A stretch of 63,394 bases of DNA, counting the filler, from Octopus bimaculoides (Eukaryota): assembly GCF_001194135.2 (NCBI RefSeq). It is 7 parts of 6 records of this genome, joined end to end, with 100 filler letters (N's around TTAATTAATTAA, not from the genome) between each part and the next. Parts side by side here need not be neighbours in the genome. Positions count along the whole stretch, not along the records: positions 30,814 to 60,410 come from NC_068992.1; 6 more parts are not named here. One strand, written 5' to 3'. Positions 39,601 to 53,790 of the stretch are shown here, in pieces. A model generated the notes under the pieces. The model did not search any database. It was not told where the DNA came from and saw only the letters and a list, made by a program, of their open reading frames with translations. The position numbers and the translations under genes are program-made. Each line of letters opens with the position of its first letter. The first letter of the stretch is position 1.

Positions 39601-39992
39601 TTATGTTAAAACTGAAGCTACAAACATCTCTTCGCTTGTTAATCGCCAACGAGATTTTCAAATAATTTCATGGAAATGAATTTAAAAAATGAAAACGCTG
39701 AAATATTCACAAAAGAAGGGATTATGTTTCCTGCGAGTATTGTAAGAAAAAGTCGTTTGCGTGGATTAGAAAAAATGACTAACTGAAAGTACTTAAAAGC
39801 AGAATTTTAAGTTTTCATTTTTTTCATTTCTTACTAAATATTTTATATCCATATTTAGTAAGGAAAGGTCCAAGCTTGCTTTTAATACGGCTAATAGAGT
39901 CTGTGCCTGGGATAAACTTAAGCTTAAGTAACTATATTGCATACGAAAGCGATTATACAATTTATTTTTTGTAGAATTATATACCCTTAATC

Positions 39993-40337
39993 ATTTACAT
40001 GGTTCAATCATAAGACTGCTGCCATGCTGGGGCATCACATTGAACATTTTAGTCGACTGAATCAATCCCGGTACTTAATTTTTTTTTTGTTAAGCCTGCT
40101 AGTTATTCTATCGGTCACTTTTGCCGAACAGCGTTGGTATGTTTACGGAAATGTAAACATGCCAACACGGTTTGCCAAGCGGTGGGGGCAGAACAAATAC
40201 AGGCGCACACACACACACACACACACGACGAGCTTCTTTCCTTTTCCGTCTACCAAATCCAGTCACATGTCGGTGGAACTGAACCTGGCAGCATGTGGTT
40301 GTGAAACAATCTTCTTACCACACAGCCAAGCCTGCGT
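39993..40337 (-). mobile_element. Composite SINE with internally shortened head
   Basis: Reverse complement of head (CACAGCCAAGCCTGCG), (CA)n and 3' domain (CCATGCTGGGGCA). Confidence 0.85.
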
Positions 40338-40615
40338 TCGGTGAAATTAAACGTGTAATTAAGTTAAAGCTTTAGCAGTTTGCTACTTTTTACACATATG
40401 AATGTTTCGAATATATATATCTAGAAATATATATTATCGAGATAATAGAAAATATAATTGAGTGCTGTACTAAAGGCAAAAATTAAGATGAAACATTGAA
40501 GATCTTTTTGCAAAGTGTGCATTGACAGAAGCCTGGTCTTGATATAATTAAATAGAGCAAAATAAATGGAGAGAAATAGATGGAAGATATGTTTGCTTAT
40601 AAGAAAAGTCACGTA

Positions 40616-41302
40616 GGCGTGGCTGTGGTAAGAAGCTTACTTCCCAACCATATGGTTCTGGGTTCAATGCCACTGAGTGGCACATCGGGCAGGTGTTTTC
40701 TACTACATCCTCAGGCGGTCGAAAGCCTTGTTAGTGGATTTGACTGATGGAAACTGAAAGAATCGCTTCGTATATATCTATATATACGAGCTAATGTGGT
40801 AAATATTTTAGAAATAGGTGCTAAAATGTTATTTTCAACTGAAGATGGGAGAGTATGGCTTCCATGCAATGCGTGAAATCAATTGATATTGAAATATATA
40901 TTACTTACTGATGCATTCAACGCAAAGGTAAGCCTATTTTTCATATATTCATTGCATTACACATATGCATCTCCATCATGAGTTTTGTGGTGGTTTATGG
41001 AGCATTGGCTCTGATTTTAGCAAGTGGTATTATATACCCCACTGAATCTAAATTTACCTTATATTGTGCCTGTAACGGTGTGAACTAGTTAACCACCTTA
41101 TTATTGCTATAAATAACGGTAATAATAAATATATATATATATATATATATGACAATTGATGCTGGTGTGTTTACGTCCCCATAACTTTTAGGCAAAAGAG
41201 ACAGATAGAAACATTAGCAAGTACTGGACTTGATTCATTAAAGTTCTTAAATGAAGTGTTTCAGCATCGCCGCAGACTAACGATTGAAACAAGTAAAAGA
41301 CA
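40616..41302 (+). mobile_element. Composite SINE split into head (40616-40771) and 3' domain (41155-41302) by ~350 bp of other sequence
   Basis: Both halves match 1764-2139 in the right order and orientation. The intervening block is bounded by TA runs. Confidence 0.7.
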
Positions 41303-44300
41303 AATCGTTAAATAGTTGTAATTACAAAATGTTTTAAAGCTTTCGATAATGAAATTATGAGTTTATTTCTACGGAAGGAACCGCTTTGTTGTAGTTTCTG
41401 GTTTGAGTAGCTAATATCATTTAATTACGAAGCCGCACACATAACATATAGGGAAAATATTTATGGCGATCGAATACAAGAATTATCAAAATGGAGAATT
41501 TCTAGGTTTTTAAAAATTTGTGTGATAAATTATAAATATTTGAGTAGAATGTTGTTTTGGTTATGGTGAACAATTGGCAAAGGCAACTGCTCTTAGGACT
41601 GCAAGATGTTATCCATATCATGGGTATATGCGTATTCAAGGGTATTTTATTGCCTGACTATAGCTAAATGTAAAAAAAAACTGAATAATTTGACGGCTAC
41701 ATAATTTTTAATAGATGCATGTACAAAACTTTAAATTCGTTCATGTTTTTATCGCATGAGGAATTGTAAGAAGAGTGATATATATATATAATGTATGTAT
41801 ATACATGCACGCATATATATATATGTATGTATGTACACATACTCATACCAATACATACCAACCTGCACATATGTATTCACTTAGACGCATTATCTGAATG
41901 CGTCTTGTTGTGGATGTTTACCTTTGATTAAATCTCATATATATTTTAAGTTGAGGACGAAACAAATTTATGATACGACTGATTCACCCTTCCAACTCAA
42001 ATTTGTCACGATCATCACGTTTCGATACAATCTCAAACTCTTTACACGACTCTATTGTAAGATAAAAATAATTAGATGATTACGCTTTTCTGAGAGGAAT
42101 AGAAAAGCCATTAGCTGAACATTTGTTAGATGTCACGTTATCGTTCCATTGTGGTTTATCTCATTAATCGCTTGCTGATCAGATCTAATCAGTGCTGGTT
42201 TTTGATCCATTATTTCCAATTCCTTGATTCAAGTTCTTTTGGACTGTTTCAAAATAATATTGCACACAACTTTTATACTTCTTTTTTTAATTTTTTTTTT
42301 TACATGGAACCACTTTATTAAGGAAGATTAGAAAATGAGTTATCTGTGGAGACACAAACAACCCCCGTGTCGTTTCATAACGGCAATATCATGCACAAAG
42401 GGCCATCATACCTCTTCCATGTTTTTTGAAACAAAATCCGATTCTAATATTAAATTATAACAATATATCGCTCACACGTAGAGACACATGTTTGCACACA
42501 GAGTCTCACAGACATGTACAAAAATACACACAAACACGCATGTGCGTGCTCATACAGGTAAAACTCTCTAACCTCTCACAAAAGACTATATCTGTCACAA
42601 TCAAAATATGTTGAAATATTTCCAATATTTGAATCCATTTTGCCAATTTCATTTCCCAATTGTAACAAATCTTGTCCTACCCAATTAATGTTCTCTATCG
42701 ATGTTAGTTTCTATCCTGCCTAGAATTTCCTGCCAAATCTCGCACAAATCCACCCTGCGGTTTCAAATTTAGACAAGTATATTGATAATATAGAATATAT
42801 AAAAAAAAGTGTCCAAAAGATGAGCAATGTTGGAAAGCCTTTCATTATCGTGGTGCTCAAAATTGTGCTACATTATTACATCAAATACAATTAAATAAGA
42901 ATTAATTTGCCGGCGTTTAGGTTTTAAAAATGACCATCCATAACATCTCTATTACACTTCTAAAAATGTCTTTGTTACAATGCATACGTTCGTTAAAAAT
43001 TATTTGGGAAAAATCAGGTATAAATAAATAGATCTAAATGAACATTAAACAGTATGCGTTTAAGCTCGATTCGAGGCAATATATTTGAAATTTAAATGAA
43101 TTTGGACATTTATCGATTCGCACTATACATATATAATTGATTTTGATGTTAGTAATGAGATTCAGCAATCTTCAAATAAGTGCAGCAAAATATAAAGAAT
43201 AAAAAGAACTGTATTTTCATTCATTTATATAATCGGAAGATGATCTTTGCATAAAACATTGAACAATTTTCCAACATGAACAATTATTTTTGATGCACTT
43301 TCACTTTCAAAATGTAATACGTTTAACAATGTCATGAACAGAATTTTAAAATACTTCTGAAGCAATATTTGATAACTGCAGGGGAAAATGTACACGTATT
43401 TACAAACAACAACAAAAAAAAGAAAAAAACAAAGAAGTAAAATTACACAATTTTTGGCATACATTTTTCTTACAATTCACAAATACACTCACGCATATAT
43501 ANNNNNNNNNNNNNNNNNNNNNNNNNNNNNNNNNNNNNNNNNNNNNNNNNNNNNNNNNNNNNNNNNNNNNNNNNNNNNNNNNNNNNNNNNNNNNNNNNNN
43601 NNNNNNNNNNNNNNNNNNNTATATATATATATATATATATATATATCCCCACCAACACAAAACACACAAACATACATACACACGCACCCACAGACGCACA
43701 GAGACACACACACTCGCACCATTCTGACCTCTGAGACCAGTCCCCAAAACCACTGAACTATGACAGACTATCCCAGCCTTTTAATTATGCATTGCTCTTC
43801 CTTCCCACCACCCCAACCAGCTTCCCCCACTTTCCTTTCAAATAGCAAATATTCCCTAGCTACACACAAGAGAGAAAACAGGTTAAAAAGACAGTTGGCT
43901 CCTCTCCAATTTTTTATAAATTATCAAATATGTCTCTTTCTGTGTATATATATATTTCCAAACAAACATGATTTTTATTGAACTCCTAATGCTTTTCTTG
44001 AATACTCTTTTGTAAACTGTTTTTAGCATTTTATTATTATCCTCAAATAATGTATATATGTATTTTAATACTTTTGTTACAACCAGTACTTAACTCAACA
44101 AAGCTTAAACAAAGCTTTACATTTTACTTTTGACAATCTCTTTCCCAAAAAGTGAAACAGTTGAAGTGAATAAACATCTTTAGAATTGCATTTTCAAACC
44201 TTCATTCATATATATATTTTTCACAACTTTAGTTGTGTTAAACCAGCCCCACTCCACGTGGTGGTTTTGGATAAAATACTCCATTTCCTGTTGCTACAGT

Positions 44301-44624
44301 CAATAGAGGTATAAAATGGTGCCCCGGCAACAAATTAACCTTCCAATGAGATAGAAGGTTAGCCTGCTCCGTAGCCAGTAAGACAGCATCATTCCAAAGC
44401 TAAAATGATGCAAAGCTCATTCTGACCAGCGATGTATAATATCTGGTAGTTTTCTCGATCATGTGGTCACGAAATCACGTGATGATAAATCAGTCGTATA
44501 TTTACCTGTACACAATCATAGGAACTCTTGAGATGTAAGAGTTCTGACCAAAAACTATCCAGACTATTACTATGGCAATGGAGCAAATGTACGCTTAGTA
44601 AATCCGTTTAGCACAGATAGATAG

Positions 44625-45061
44625 TGAACTCTGTTCCGTATGCACACTAAGTTACATCGTTTTCACTCACTTCCGTTTTTTATAGCAGTTCTTGGAAGTA
44701 AAGTGTATAAAATATGATCGTCTCGAAAAGATTACTTCTCAGCTGCACAGGATCTCTTTGATTTTGTCAAAGAAGACGGTAACTTTTTGAAAACAGTCAT
44801 AACAATCGAGGGTCTATAGTTATGGCCCGGAGACTAAGGCTCAGTCTTAGCGATGGATGACCCCAATACGATTTCAAAGCGTCGAGGTCGTCCTAGAGAA
44901 TGCGACGTGGTACCTTCTCAATATCTACCAAAAAGGAGTTTCAGGAATGCCTCGACAATGGAAATGACACTGGTTAATGTGTGTGGCTGTAGAAGGAGAT
45001 TAAATGTGTTGTAGTTTTCTTTTTTATAATATTAGTGCTGATATTTTTTGATCAGGCCTCG

Positions 45062-45063
<2 letters not shown>
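44625..45063 (+). mobile_element. Internally deleted mariner element with one terminal inverted repeat
   Basis: AQDLFDFVKEDGNFLKTVIT.. YGPETKAQS*RW (cf. IITGDETWVY.YDPETK.QS..W); C-terminal PKKEFQEC..W..HW..CVAVEGD; ends TTTTTTGATCAGGCCTCG-TA (mariner-type TIR plus TA). Confidence 0.8.
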
Positions 45064-45093
<30 letters not shown>

Positions 45094-47282
45094 TGTACGT
45101 ACATATGTGTGTGCTGGTGTGTGTATATAAAAGTGCACTAAAAGAGAGATACAGTCTCAGTGAATTAAATAATTTTTTGGCATTACTTATATTCGCATGG
45201 ACATTTTAAAATTAAATTGACATACATTTCGAACGAATTCAATAAATCAAACATAGAAATTAATACGGAATAGTATTATATCAATAAGAAAATAAGTGAT
45301 TTTGAACTGCTGAAAAGTATTAAGAGTAAAAATAAGTTCTTTCTCGGTGAGCTAAATAGAAAATAGTAATTGTGCTGCGAATAACAGTGAATGTGCCTTA
45401 AAATTATACATCAACCAGAAACAGAGAAAGATAAAGACGGAGGGACAGAGAGAGAGAGGTGGGGGAAAGAAAGAGAGTGTATGACTATATGTGTGAGTCA
45501 GGGGAACAACGTGAGAGATTCTATAAATTTTATTTACAATTTCTTATGAAGTAAAATGGAAACAAAATGTTTATGGAAAAAGATTTTTCTCTGCATTTTA
45601 AGGTAATTCCCTAAACATCGATGCGGATATCTAATGATATGTTAATAACAGTCACAGAAATAATATTCTTTAATAGTATTCCTGCTATATTTATCATATT
45701 AGAAATGCTGCGTATCATGTTTTAAAAAAATTTATTGCTGCAAACTACGAAATACTATTGGGAAATTGCAAAAGCGTTCACCTTTTCTTTTATAAAATGA
45801 TATCAATTTTTATGTCTTTATCAGAAAAAAAACTGAAAAAGAATGATTGTAATGATGAAAAATTGTATATATGTTGTCATTTATAAATACGAATCATCCC
45901 TAGTTTGAGAGACCTAAGATACAAATCATTCCAGCTATGACTATTTTTTTTTACGAATACAGTGTGTATAGGAAAAGATTCTTCAGTATGTATTCCTTCT
46001 GTTAGAAGAAGATGTGACTATTAAATCTTGTTTTGAAAGTTACCGCATCGAATCTCCCTCTTTGGCTCATAACAAAAGGAATACTGAGGACGCTTTCTGT
46101 TGTGGGAAAGATTCTTTTTATATCTACATAAATTCAATGTAACCATCTCCGTCTTTGGGAGAGGGAGAGAAAAGAGCCGCGGCACCGATATATACTTTCT
46201 GCATGGCTCCAATACTGGTGGTGAATAGGAAACATTATCTGCAGACACAATTCTTGTTCCGAATGCATACCGGAGCTTAAACTAAGTTAAAAGCAGCCAG
46301 GAAGAAAATGGAACTCTTAAATCGCGTGATATTAAGTCTTCTCACGAAACTCAGAACTGAAATAACAGGAACACGTATTTGAACCATTGTATCTAATCCT
46401 GTCAAAATTTATTTCAGTCCACTGCTCAGAATTGGTTCAAATTTTTACAGATATCGAAATAAGAAAATTTAGGCTCTGCGGAATTTGAATACAAAACATA
46501 GAGAGTTGGGACAAATATCAGAATGCATTTTGCAATACACATTAACAATTTCTTAGTTCCCAATTTCTTTAAAATTAATGTTTCCCTAGTGTTCTATAAA
46601 CTATGTATTATCTGCGCCAGTGACTTGAGCCCGCATCGTTGTCACCGTTCACTGCGATTTTACCTGCTATACATATTTCTTTATAATGTTTTGCGTATAA
46701 ATCACGTGTTTCTGCTGAGGTGTAATGATAGATATTCACAATATAGAGGTAATAGAGTACTTGAATGTGTGTGATTTATGATATGTTGTAAACAATGTCA
46801 CAGTATTAAGTATTCAGGTGTCATTATATTTTCAAAATATGTCCCGTGATATAAAAGGAAACACATCACTTCATAGAGAATGTAAAATATTTCCATTAGT
46901 TTAATAAAATATATTATAACTATTTCGCTCTCAGATCCTTTCCACAGAGATGTGTTTGTATACATCAAACTACATACACATATCCACAGGGTATCGAATG
47001 ACTATCTGAGTGTTGCAGTATGAGAAACATTACAATATATTAGATTTTTATATTCTAAAACAAAATTCCTACTTTACTAGATATATTTTGCTTTGATTTA
47101 ATCTTTCGTATAGCGTTGATTTATAGCTTTTCTATATCTTCTGCTTTTCATACAAGTCAATTGACATGCTTTTAAAGAAATGAAATGTCTTAGTGTAATA
47201 TTTGAAGTTTCCAAATAGATTTTCGTATACATACGAACATACATACCTACATATACATACATAATGCATACATACAAACATA

Positions 47283-47320
<38 letters not shown>

Positions 47321-47640
47321 TACATACATACAAACATATATATNNNNNNNNNNNNNNNNNNNNNNNNNNNNNNNNNNNNNNNNNNNNNNNNNNNNNNNNN
47401 NNNNNNNNNNNNNNNNNNNNNNNNNNNNNNNNNNNNNNNNNNNNNNNNNNNNNNNNNNNNNNNNNNNNNNNNNNNNNNNNNNNNNNNNNNNNNNNNNNNN
47501 NNNNNNNNNNNNNNNNNNNNNNNNNNNNNNNNNNNNNNNNNNNNNNNNNNNNNNNNNNNNNNNNNNNNNNNNNNNNNNNNNNNNNNNNNNNNNNNNNNNN
47601 NNNNNNNNNNNNNNNNNNNNNNNNNNNTATATATATATAT

Positions 47641-47672
<32 letters not shown>

Positions 47673-47708
47673 CTATATCTATATATATATATATATATAT
47701 ATATATGC

Positions 47709-47779
<71 letters not shown>

Positions 47780-49547
47780 TGCATACACATACACACACAT
47801 ATATATATTTATGCATACACTTATACACTCACACACATATGTATATATCTATATGCATGCATATTCTCACACACAATCATACTACTACACACCCACACAT
47901 CCAATTAATAATGATTTCTTTATTCTGTAACAGGAGAATATATGACTCTACGAATCATTTCAGCTCTACATTTATGGAATTATTGCCACTGAGTTCAGAA
48001 TTATTTCATAGATGAGCATTCTACAGTATTAAACACACTATATTACTGGTACCTGTTTCAATGCCGAAAGACACATAGCCACAAATCTTTATAACTGTTG
48101 CTCTTCTACACTCATGAATAAGTTTTGTAAACATTTCGATACTCTGGATGAATAAACGCAAAGACAATTTAAAACGATTGATCAGTGTGATTCATTATTT
48201 TTGCCCCTTAATTGGTAACCTTTCCTATAAAATTAAAATATTAACATTTGTTTGCCTATTCCTCTGTATAATTTTAAAGCAGCTAAACATCCGGTGCTTT
48301 GGTACTTTTTGGTGGGTTAAATATACTTAGAGTACAACATCAGTTTTGTAGTAAATGGCTCTTATTTCCACACTTATAACATCTTACATTTCTGTTCTAC
48401 TGTGAATGGTCAACCTTTGATTCGATATCCACTGTATAACGTAACTCAGACATTGGTTTGTGATTTTGGTTGGTCATAGACACTTGTTTGTTACTAATAT
48501 GTCATATGTATTATATCCTAACGTATATAACTGAATATTACGTCAGCCATTGATTTAGGGCCAGTTTGTATAGTGAAAAAGGATGTAGAAGCATTGAGAC
48601 TCTTGCTTTTCTTCGAAAAGATAAGGAGAAGAAAGTGTTATTGTAAATTTGGTTGTCAGTAAAATAGCAAAGCTTTCTTTTTTATTTTATAAGTAAGTTA
48701 TATTATTGTAATCGTAGCATTTCACATAAACTTTCCAATAATATATATCGATATGCAGTAATGTCAGTCAACAAATTATTTGAAAGTCGACATAGAGAAC
48801 ACACTCTCAGAAACAAGTATTATATAAATGCACATACTTACACAATCTATGGAACGTATCTGTGACTAAATAAGTAACAGAATAGAGGGATATGGTACGA
48901 AATATATTATATGTATGCTGGTCGTATTTTGATTAAGATACGATGTACACAATATACTTACACACAGTGTATATACAATTGCATATTTGTATATTCTACG
49001 TATATTGCCTCAATGAAAATGTATTGATGCTATATTCACAAACACAACTAGGAAATACAAATGTTATCAATATTCAAGCAAATCTTGAACAATATAATAT
49101 AATAAATCTATAAGGAGTAAAACTTATGGCAATGCAATGTTGAGTTTGTACTAACACAATTCCTATAAAACTAATTTAAGATAGTGTTGGTTGAGATAAA
49201 ATCACAAGCGACGAGGGGATGGAAGCGTTCTTATCAAGAGGGTGTCCCGTTGTGATTGTTGTTAAAATACATTTTAAAACGTATAAACGCAAGTATAATC
49301 CCACCCAGAGCAGACATGGTCGTGTATGATTTAGTTTTATCTTTATTCCTAAATCCATCAAAACCTGTACCTTAATTTGTCGGAAAAGTATAAACATAAG
49401 CAAACAATAGGTAACAAAATAAAGCAGAGTGTGTTTAATGATAGTGGTAGAACGTACTCGTAGATTCCTGTCTGAGTTGTGAAGTTGTGGCGATCATGAC
49501 CGTATTATGCAATGTATTATGCGATTTCACTAGTTCTTTCATACACA

Positions 49548-49700
49548 AAGGTGGCGAAATGGCAGACTTATTCACGTATCGGACAAAATGATCAGCGGTA
49601 TTTTTTCCGGCTCTATCCGTTTCGAGTTCAAATGATGACGAGCACAACTTTGCATTTCATCCTTTCAATGTCGATAAAATATTTACTACCCAGGTACAGG
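49548..49700 (+). mobile_element. SINE, second family, degraded
   Basis: GGTGGCGAAATGGCAGA head, CGAGTTCAAAT, TTGCATTTCATCCTTTCAATGTCGATAAAA. Confidence 0.7.
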
Positions 49701-49834
49701 AGTCGTAATCTGCTATAGATCTCGTCTAAAGTTTGTTAGCCTGATGACAAAATTTGAACCTGTTATTTCTGTGACTCTATAATAGGGTAAATCTCACATT
49801 TCTTTCTCCTATAGAAAGAGGGCCTGAAATTGGT

Positions 49835-50014
49835 TCGTGGGAGGGCTAGTCGATTACCTCTATCCCAGTGCGTAATTGGTATTTATTTCATCGACTCCCG
49901 AGGATTAAATGGCAAAACAGATGGCGGCGAAATTTCAACCGAAAACGTAACGACTGACGGAATGCTACGAAGTATTTTCTGCGGCATGCTAACGATTCTG
50001 ACAGCTTGCCGCCT
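49835..50014 (-). mobile_element. SINE, second family, diverged
   Basis: AATTGGTATTTATTTCATCGACTCCCGAGGATTAAATGGCAAA..GCATGCTAACGATTCTGACAGCTTGCCGCC. Confidence 0.8.
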
Positions 50015-51749
50015 TAAAAGAAAATATACTCTGAAGTATATTTTCCACTATAAGGATGGAAAATATCCTTCAGATATGAAAAAATAAAGACGAGGTGAGT
50101 TTTCCTCAAATGTCTTTCAACAACAAAAATTCTTCTACACAATCCAATTTCTAAATATTGATAATACCAGTCAGTCATCAACGTTTTCTGATCGATCTGT
50201 AGATATTGTCAATAGTAACTATATTGATACGGTAACGCCGTGATAGTAGCAACGGTAGAACTAATATGGAGAATTACAGAACATTTAACAAATGTCGACT
50301 TCGGACAGAGCAATAGAGATAAAAATAAATTAAAGATGAAAATCTGGAGGCGAGAAAGATAGAAAACCACTTCCCAATAATCAAGAATTCGGTCACTTGA
50401 CAACTGATAGGTAAAGTATCTTGCTCAGCAGGAAAAAGAGTATTGATGTAAAATAGGTGGAAGTGAAGAGCATGAGGAAAGAGAATTTTGGAATGTGACA
50501 AAAGAAACATTAAATTCTTAACATATGTGAGGAACTACAACAGAATATACTTATGAAATGTAACCTCGTTAGTTTTCAATGGAACAGAAAGAGAAAAGGA
50601 AAAGAAAAACACTCAGTAAACTGGTGTATAAGAGATATTCTGAGTCTGGAGTCGGTTAACAAGTATAATTGTTTATTTTACGTAAATCTGAGAATTTCTC
50701 CGCATAATATAATCTAATACCTGCAAAAGCAACCCTCTATAATGCTGAGAATGCAAATGATTTATATTCATACACGAAGAGTGAACATGTACATCAAAAC
50801 TATTATTGAATTGAATATCGTCTTTCGGGCGAAAATAAGTTAATACGTCACAACAACAATATATATTAATAATTGAAGAATTGAAGATTTGGAACCAAAT
50901 GTAGAAAATTCGTTTATATGGATATCCCATACGGTAACAAATGTAGTTCTGAGATTTTGGGCAGAATTGTTCTACATCAGACATATTTAAAATGGTTTTA
51001 CACATGCATACACCTGGTGTATTGAAACTCTCACACCTCAATGGTTCAATCTGCCAGCAATGTATTCCTTCTGACTGCGGCAGGAACGCCACACTGAATT
51101 ATTGGCTTCGATTTATATACCCTATGAAGCAACCTTTAAATAATTGTTAAAACATTCAAGAGAAATATTGGTCACATGTCATTTAATTAAAGTATATCAC
51201 GGTGGATAAGGTTGTACTGGGTAAACCATACCAGAAACATTGAGAAAAGTTTTAATATGGTCGAATGAAAGAAAAAATTGAAAAGAAACCATGAATCAGT
51301 GAAATGAAACTGAATGTTCTCAAATATTTCAACTCAGTTATCCACTATATCGTTCATGTGGCGTGATAAAGGACTTTCACTATGAATGAAATTAAATTAA
51401 AGGTATATAGTTTACTTATATTTGATACAACTATTATTTTAAAATCTGATAATCCTCATGGACAGTCTAGTGTTTCTACGTCTCCATATTGGGGGAAAAG
51501 AATTTAATAGAAATTGGAATACCAATATTAATGCTACTTTGCATTGAAATTTCCACGTTCATTCTGGATCGAAGGAAGTGTTAATTGAATTGACTATAGC
51601 ACAAGCTCTATACAAATTACAGATCAATGCCTAGTCAAGAAGATCCATTGAAATAATTTAATTACACAATATTAATGGCACCAGCTACTACATAGTCAAC
51701 GTAATGAAACTATCCATTAAGTGATTTCCGACTGTTCAATGCTAACAAA

Positions 51750-53400
51750 GATAAAACATATCCACCAGTTAGTTAGCTATATCTGCTGGTCAATTTACAG
51801 ATTTGTCAAAATGAAACGTATAACAAGCACTAAAATCTACGCTTAAAATAAGAAGACTCTGATACTCTAGAACGCATCACAATGCAAGGGAAATATGATC
51901 GAAAAGTCCACAGGGACATAGAAATTGCAGAAGAAATCTCTTTCCCATTGCTGACGCTTTCCTACCAAATATATCTCTTAAGATATACGAAAATCTATAT
52001 ATCATTATATACCTAAAACCACAAAGGACAGTGGTTAAAAATACACCCCCACACAAAATAGGTATTACCACGCAAACAATTATACAACTTAGAAACAAAA
52101 GCTTCAAATGAATTAGTGAACAAAACGTATCGAACAAAAGTTATTGAAAATAGTCAAAATACACGTTACCAACGCATAAAACAAATTAATAATAATAACC
52201 TTAAAAATAATGAAACTAGATCAGTAAGCATATGGATTAATTATAGAAAGTATACTAATTGCCATTGCTTTCCAAATTTATATATATAACATAGTTTTAA
52301 CTAATGTAGACTAATAACTATCAAATATAAACATTAATTGGAGAATATATATTTAAGAGAATCTTTCACTTAAAAATACATATAAATTGACTAAAACAAA
52401 CACATGGAAATGAAAGTACTCACGAACATATTTGAAATAGCAAAACGAACTAAATATAAACCAATGGAATATCACATCCCAATAACTATGAGGCACGAAT
52501 TGCTTATCATTTGGGAATAAATTAATGTAGAGACATAACTGTTAAAATACAAAGTAAAAGATTAGTTTAGTGTGAACAATTAGCATACACTTCATGGTCC
52601 AATCTAATTAATTTTTTGCCTCTTACTAGACTATTAGTACCTAATAGTCCAAAATAAACTAATACTCTAGTTGAAAAAAAATCATTTGCAAAATCACAAA
52701 AATATGACCTGAGAAAATTCTCTGACACACCAAATAATATAGACATTTATTGGGGCACGTTTTGGCGCCCGAAATAAATCTATTCGTATATTATAGGAAA
52801 CATTATTCAATTTTGCCATACAAAAACACTTTGAAATAACCGTCCTCCGCTTCTCCACTGAATCCACTCAACTTTTATAGCTCAAGGAATATTTTTCTTA
52901 TTAAATCATTCACGATATACGGTACTAAATCATCTTCCAACACTATTTCATCATCTAACACCATTAAATAGTACTCTTTACAAATAATTACAAAATCCCC
53001 TTCAGCCTTATTAGCTGGCGCTGCAATGTATTTCGTTTGAAATGTATTAATATATTCTTGAACTTTCTGATAACTGAAAAACGGTGTCTTTTCCTAACAC
53101 TCTTTGCATTGTTCAAAATCCTTGCAATGAGAAAAGGATTACTTTTTCCTAGTTTTCACAATTTTACTCTCTAACTTTATATTTAAGAATGAATATAGCT
53201 ACAAAGACGTTGAACTATCTAAAGATATCCTCCGAGAATTTCTACCAACATCTTCTTTCTGTTACCTGTATTTAGCACACGACTCATTGGCCCTCATATA
53301 ACGTCATTTGCAACGATATTTAAATCGCTCGTCTAATGATGTTCCATCACAGGGTAACTTAATTCTGACTAAGCGCAATCAAAACTTCAAATCTTGAAAC
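51750..53400 (-). mobile_element. Fossil Penelope-like retroelement reverse transcriptase region (heavily degraded)
   Basis: Ordered motifs on minus: TSDLNIVAN (53306-53332), KYIAAPANKAEGDFVIICKEYY (~52968-53030; cf. VPADKA.NN...CK.YY), RFISGAKTC (52755-52781), FSITF.RY.VLFTNSFEAFVSKLY (~52078-52150; cf. TFRYIDDVL..N..F..IYP), FYVPVDFSIIFP (~51887-51922). Many stops and frameshifts. Confidence 0.7.
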
Positions 53401-53733
53401 TTTCTAAGTTAATGCTCGACAGATAAGTATTTTAAATGAGCAACCGATCACCTATACTACGTCATATTATATAGCTGATGCGTATACAAATACTCTAAAT
53501 ATAGACTGAAAATGTGCATGTGTCTTTTTACTATTACGTATTGCACTCAGTTCATTTATTGACGGAAGGTAAAGCCATCCATTCAGCTTCGACTCTATTT
53601 CAACATTTTACCTGCTTGCTTTAAGGAATCGACTTCAAAAACTACCAATTAGGGAACTAACCTCTGTTAAACTTCTATTGCATCTATTCCGTAGTATATT
53701 TAGGAAAACACATAGCTACACTCACTATTTCTG

Positions 53734-53790
<57 letters not shown>

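Noticed and set aside
50673-51092. 139-aa Cys-containing minus-strand ORF
   Set aside because: AT-rich, Ile/Asn/Tyr-biased second half, no recognisable motif and no convincing splice signals; not distinguishable from chance.
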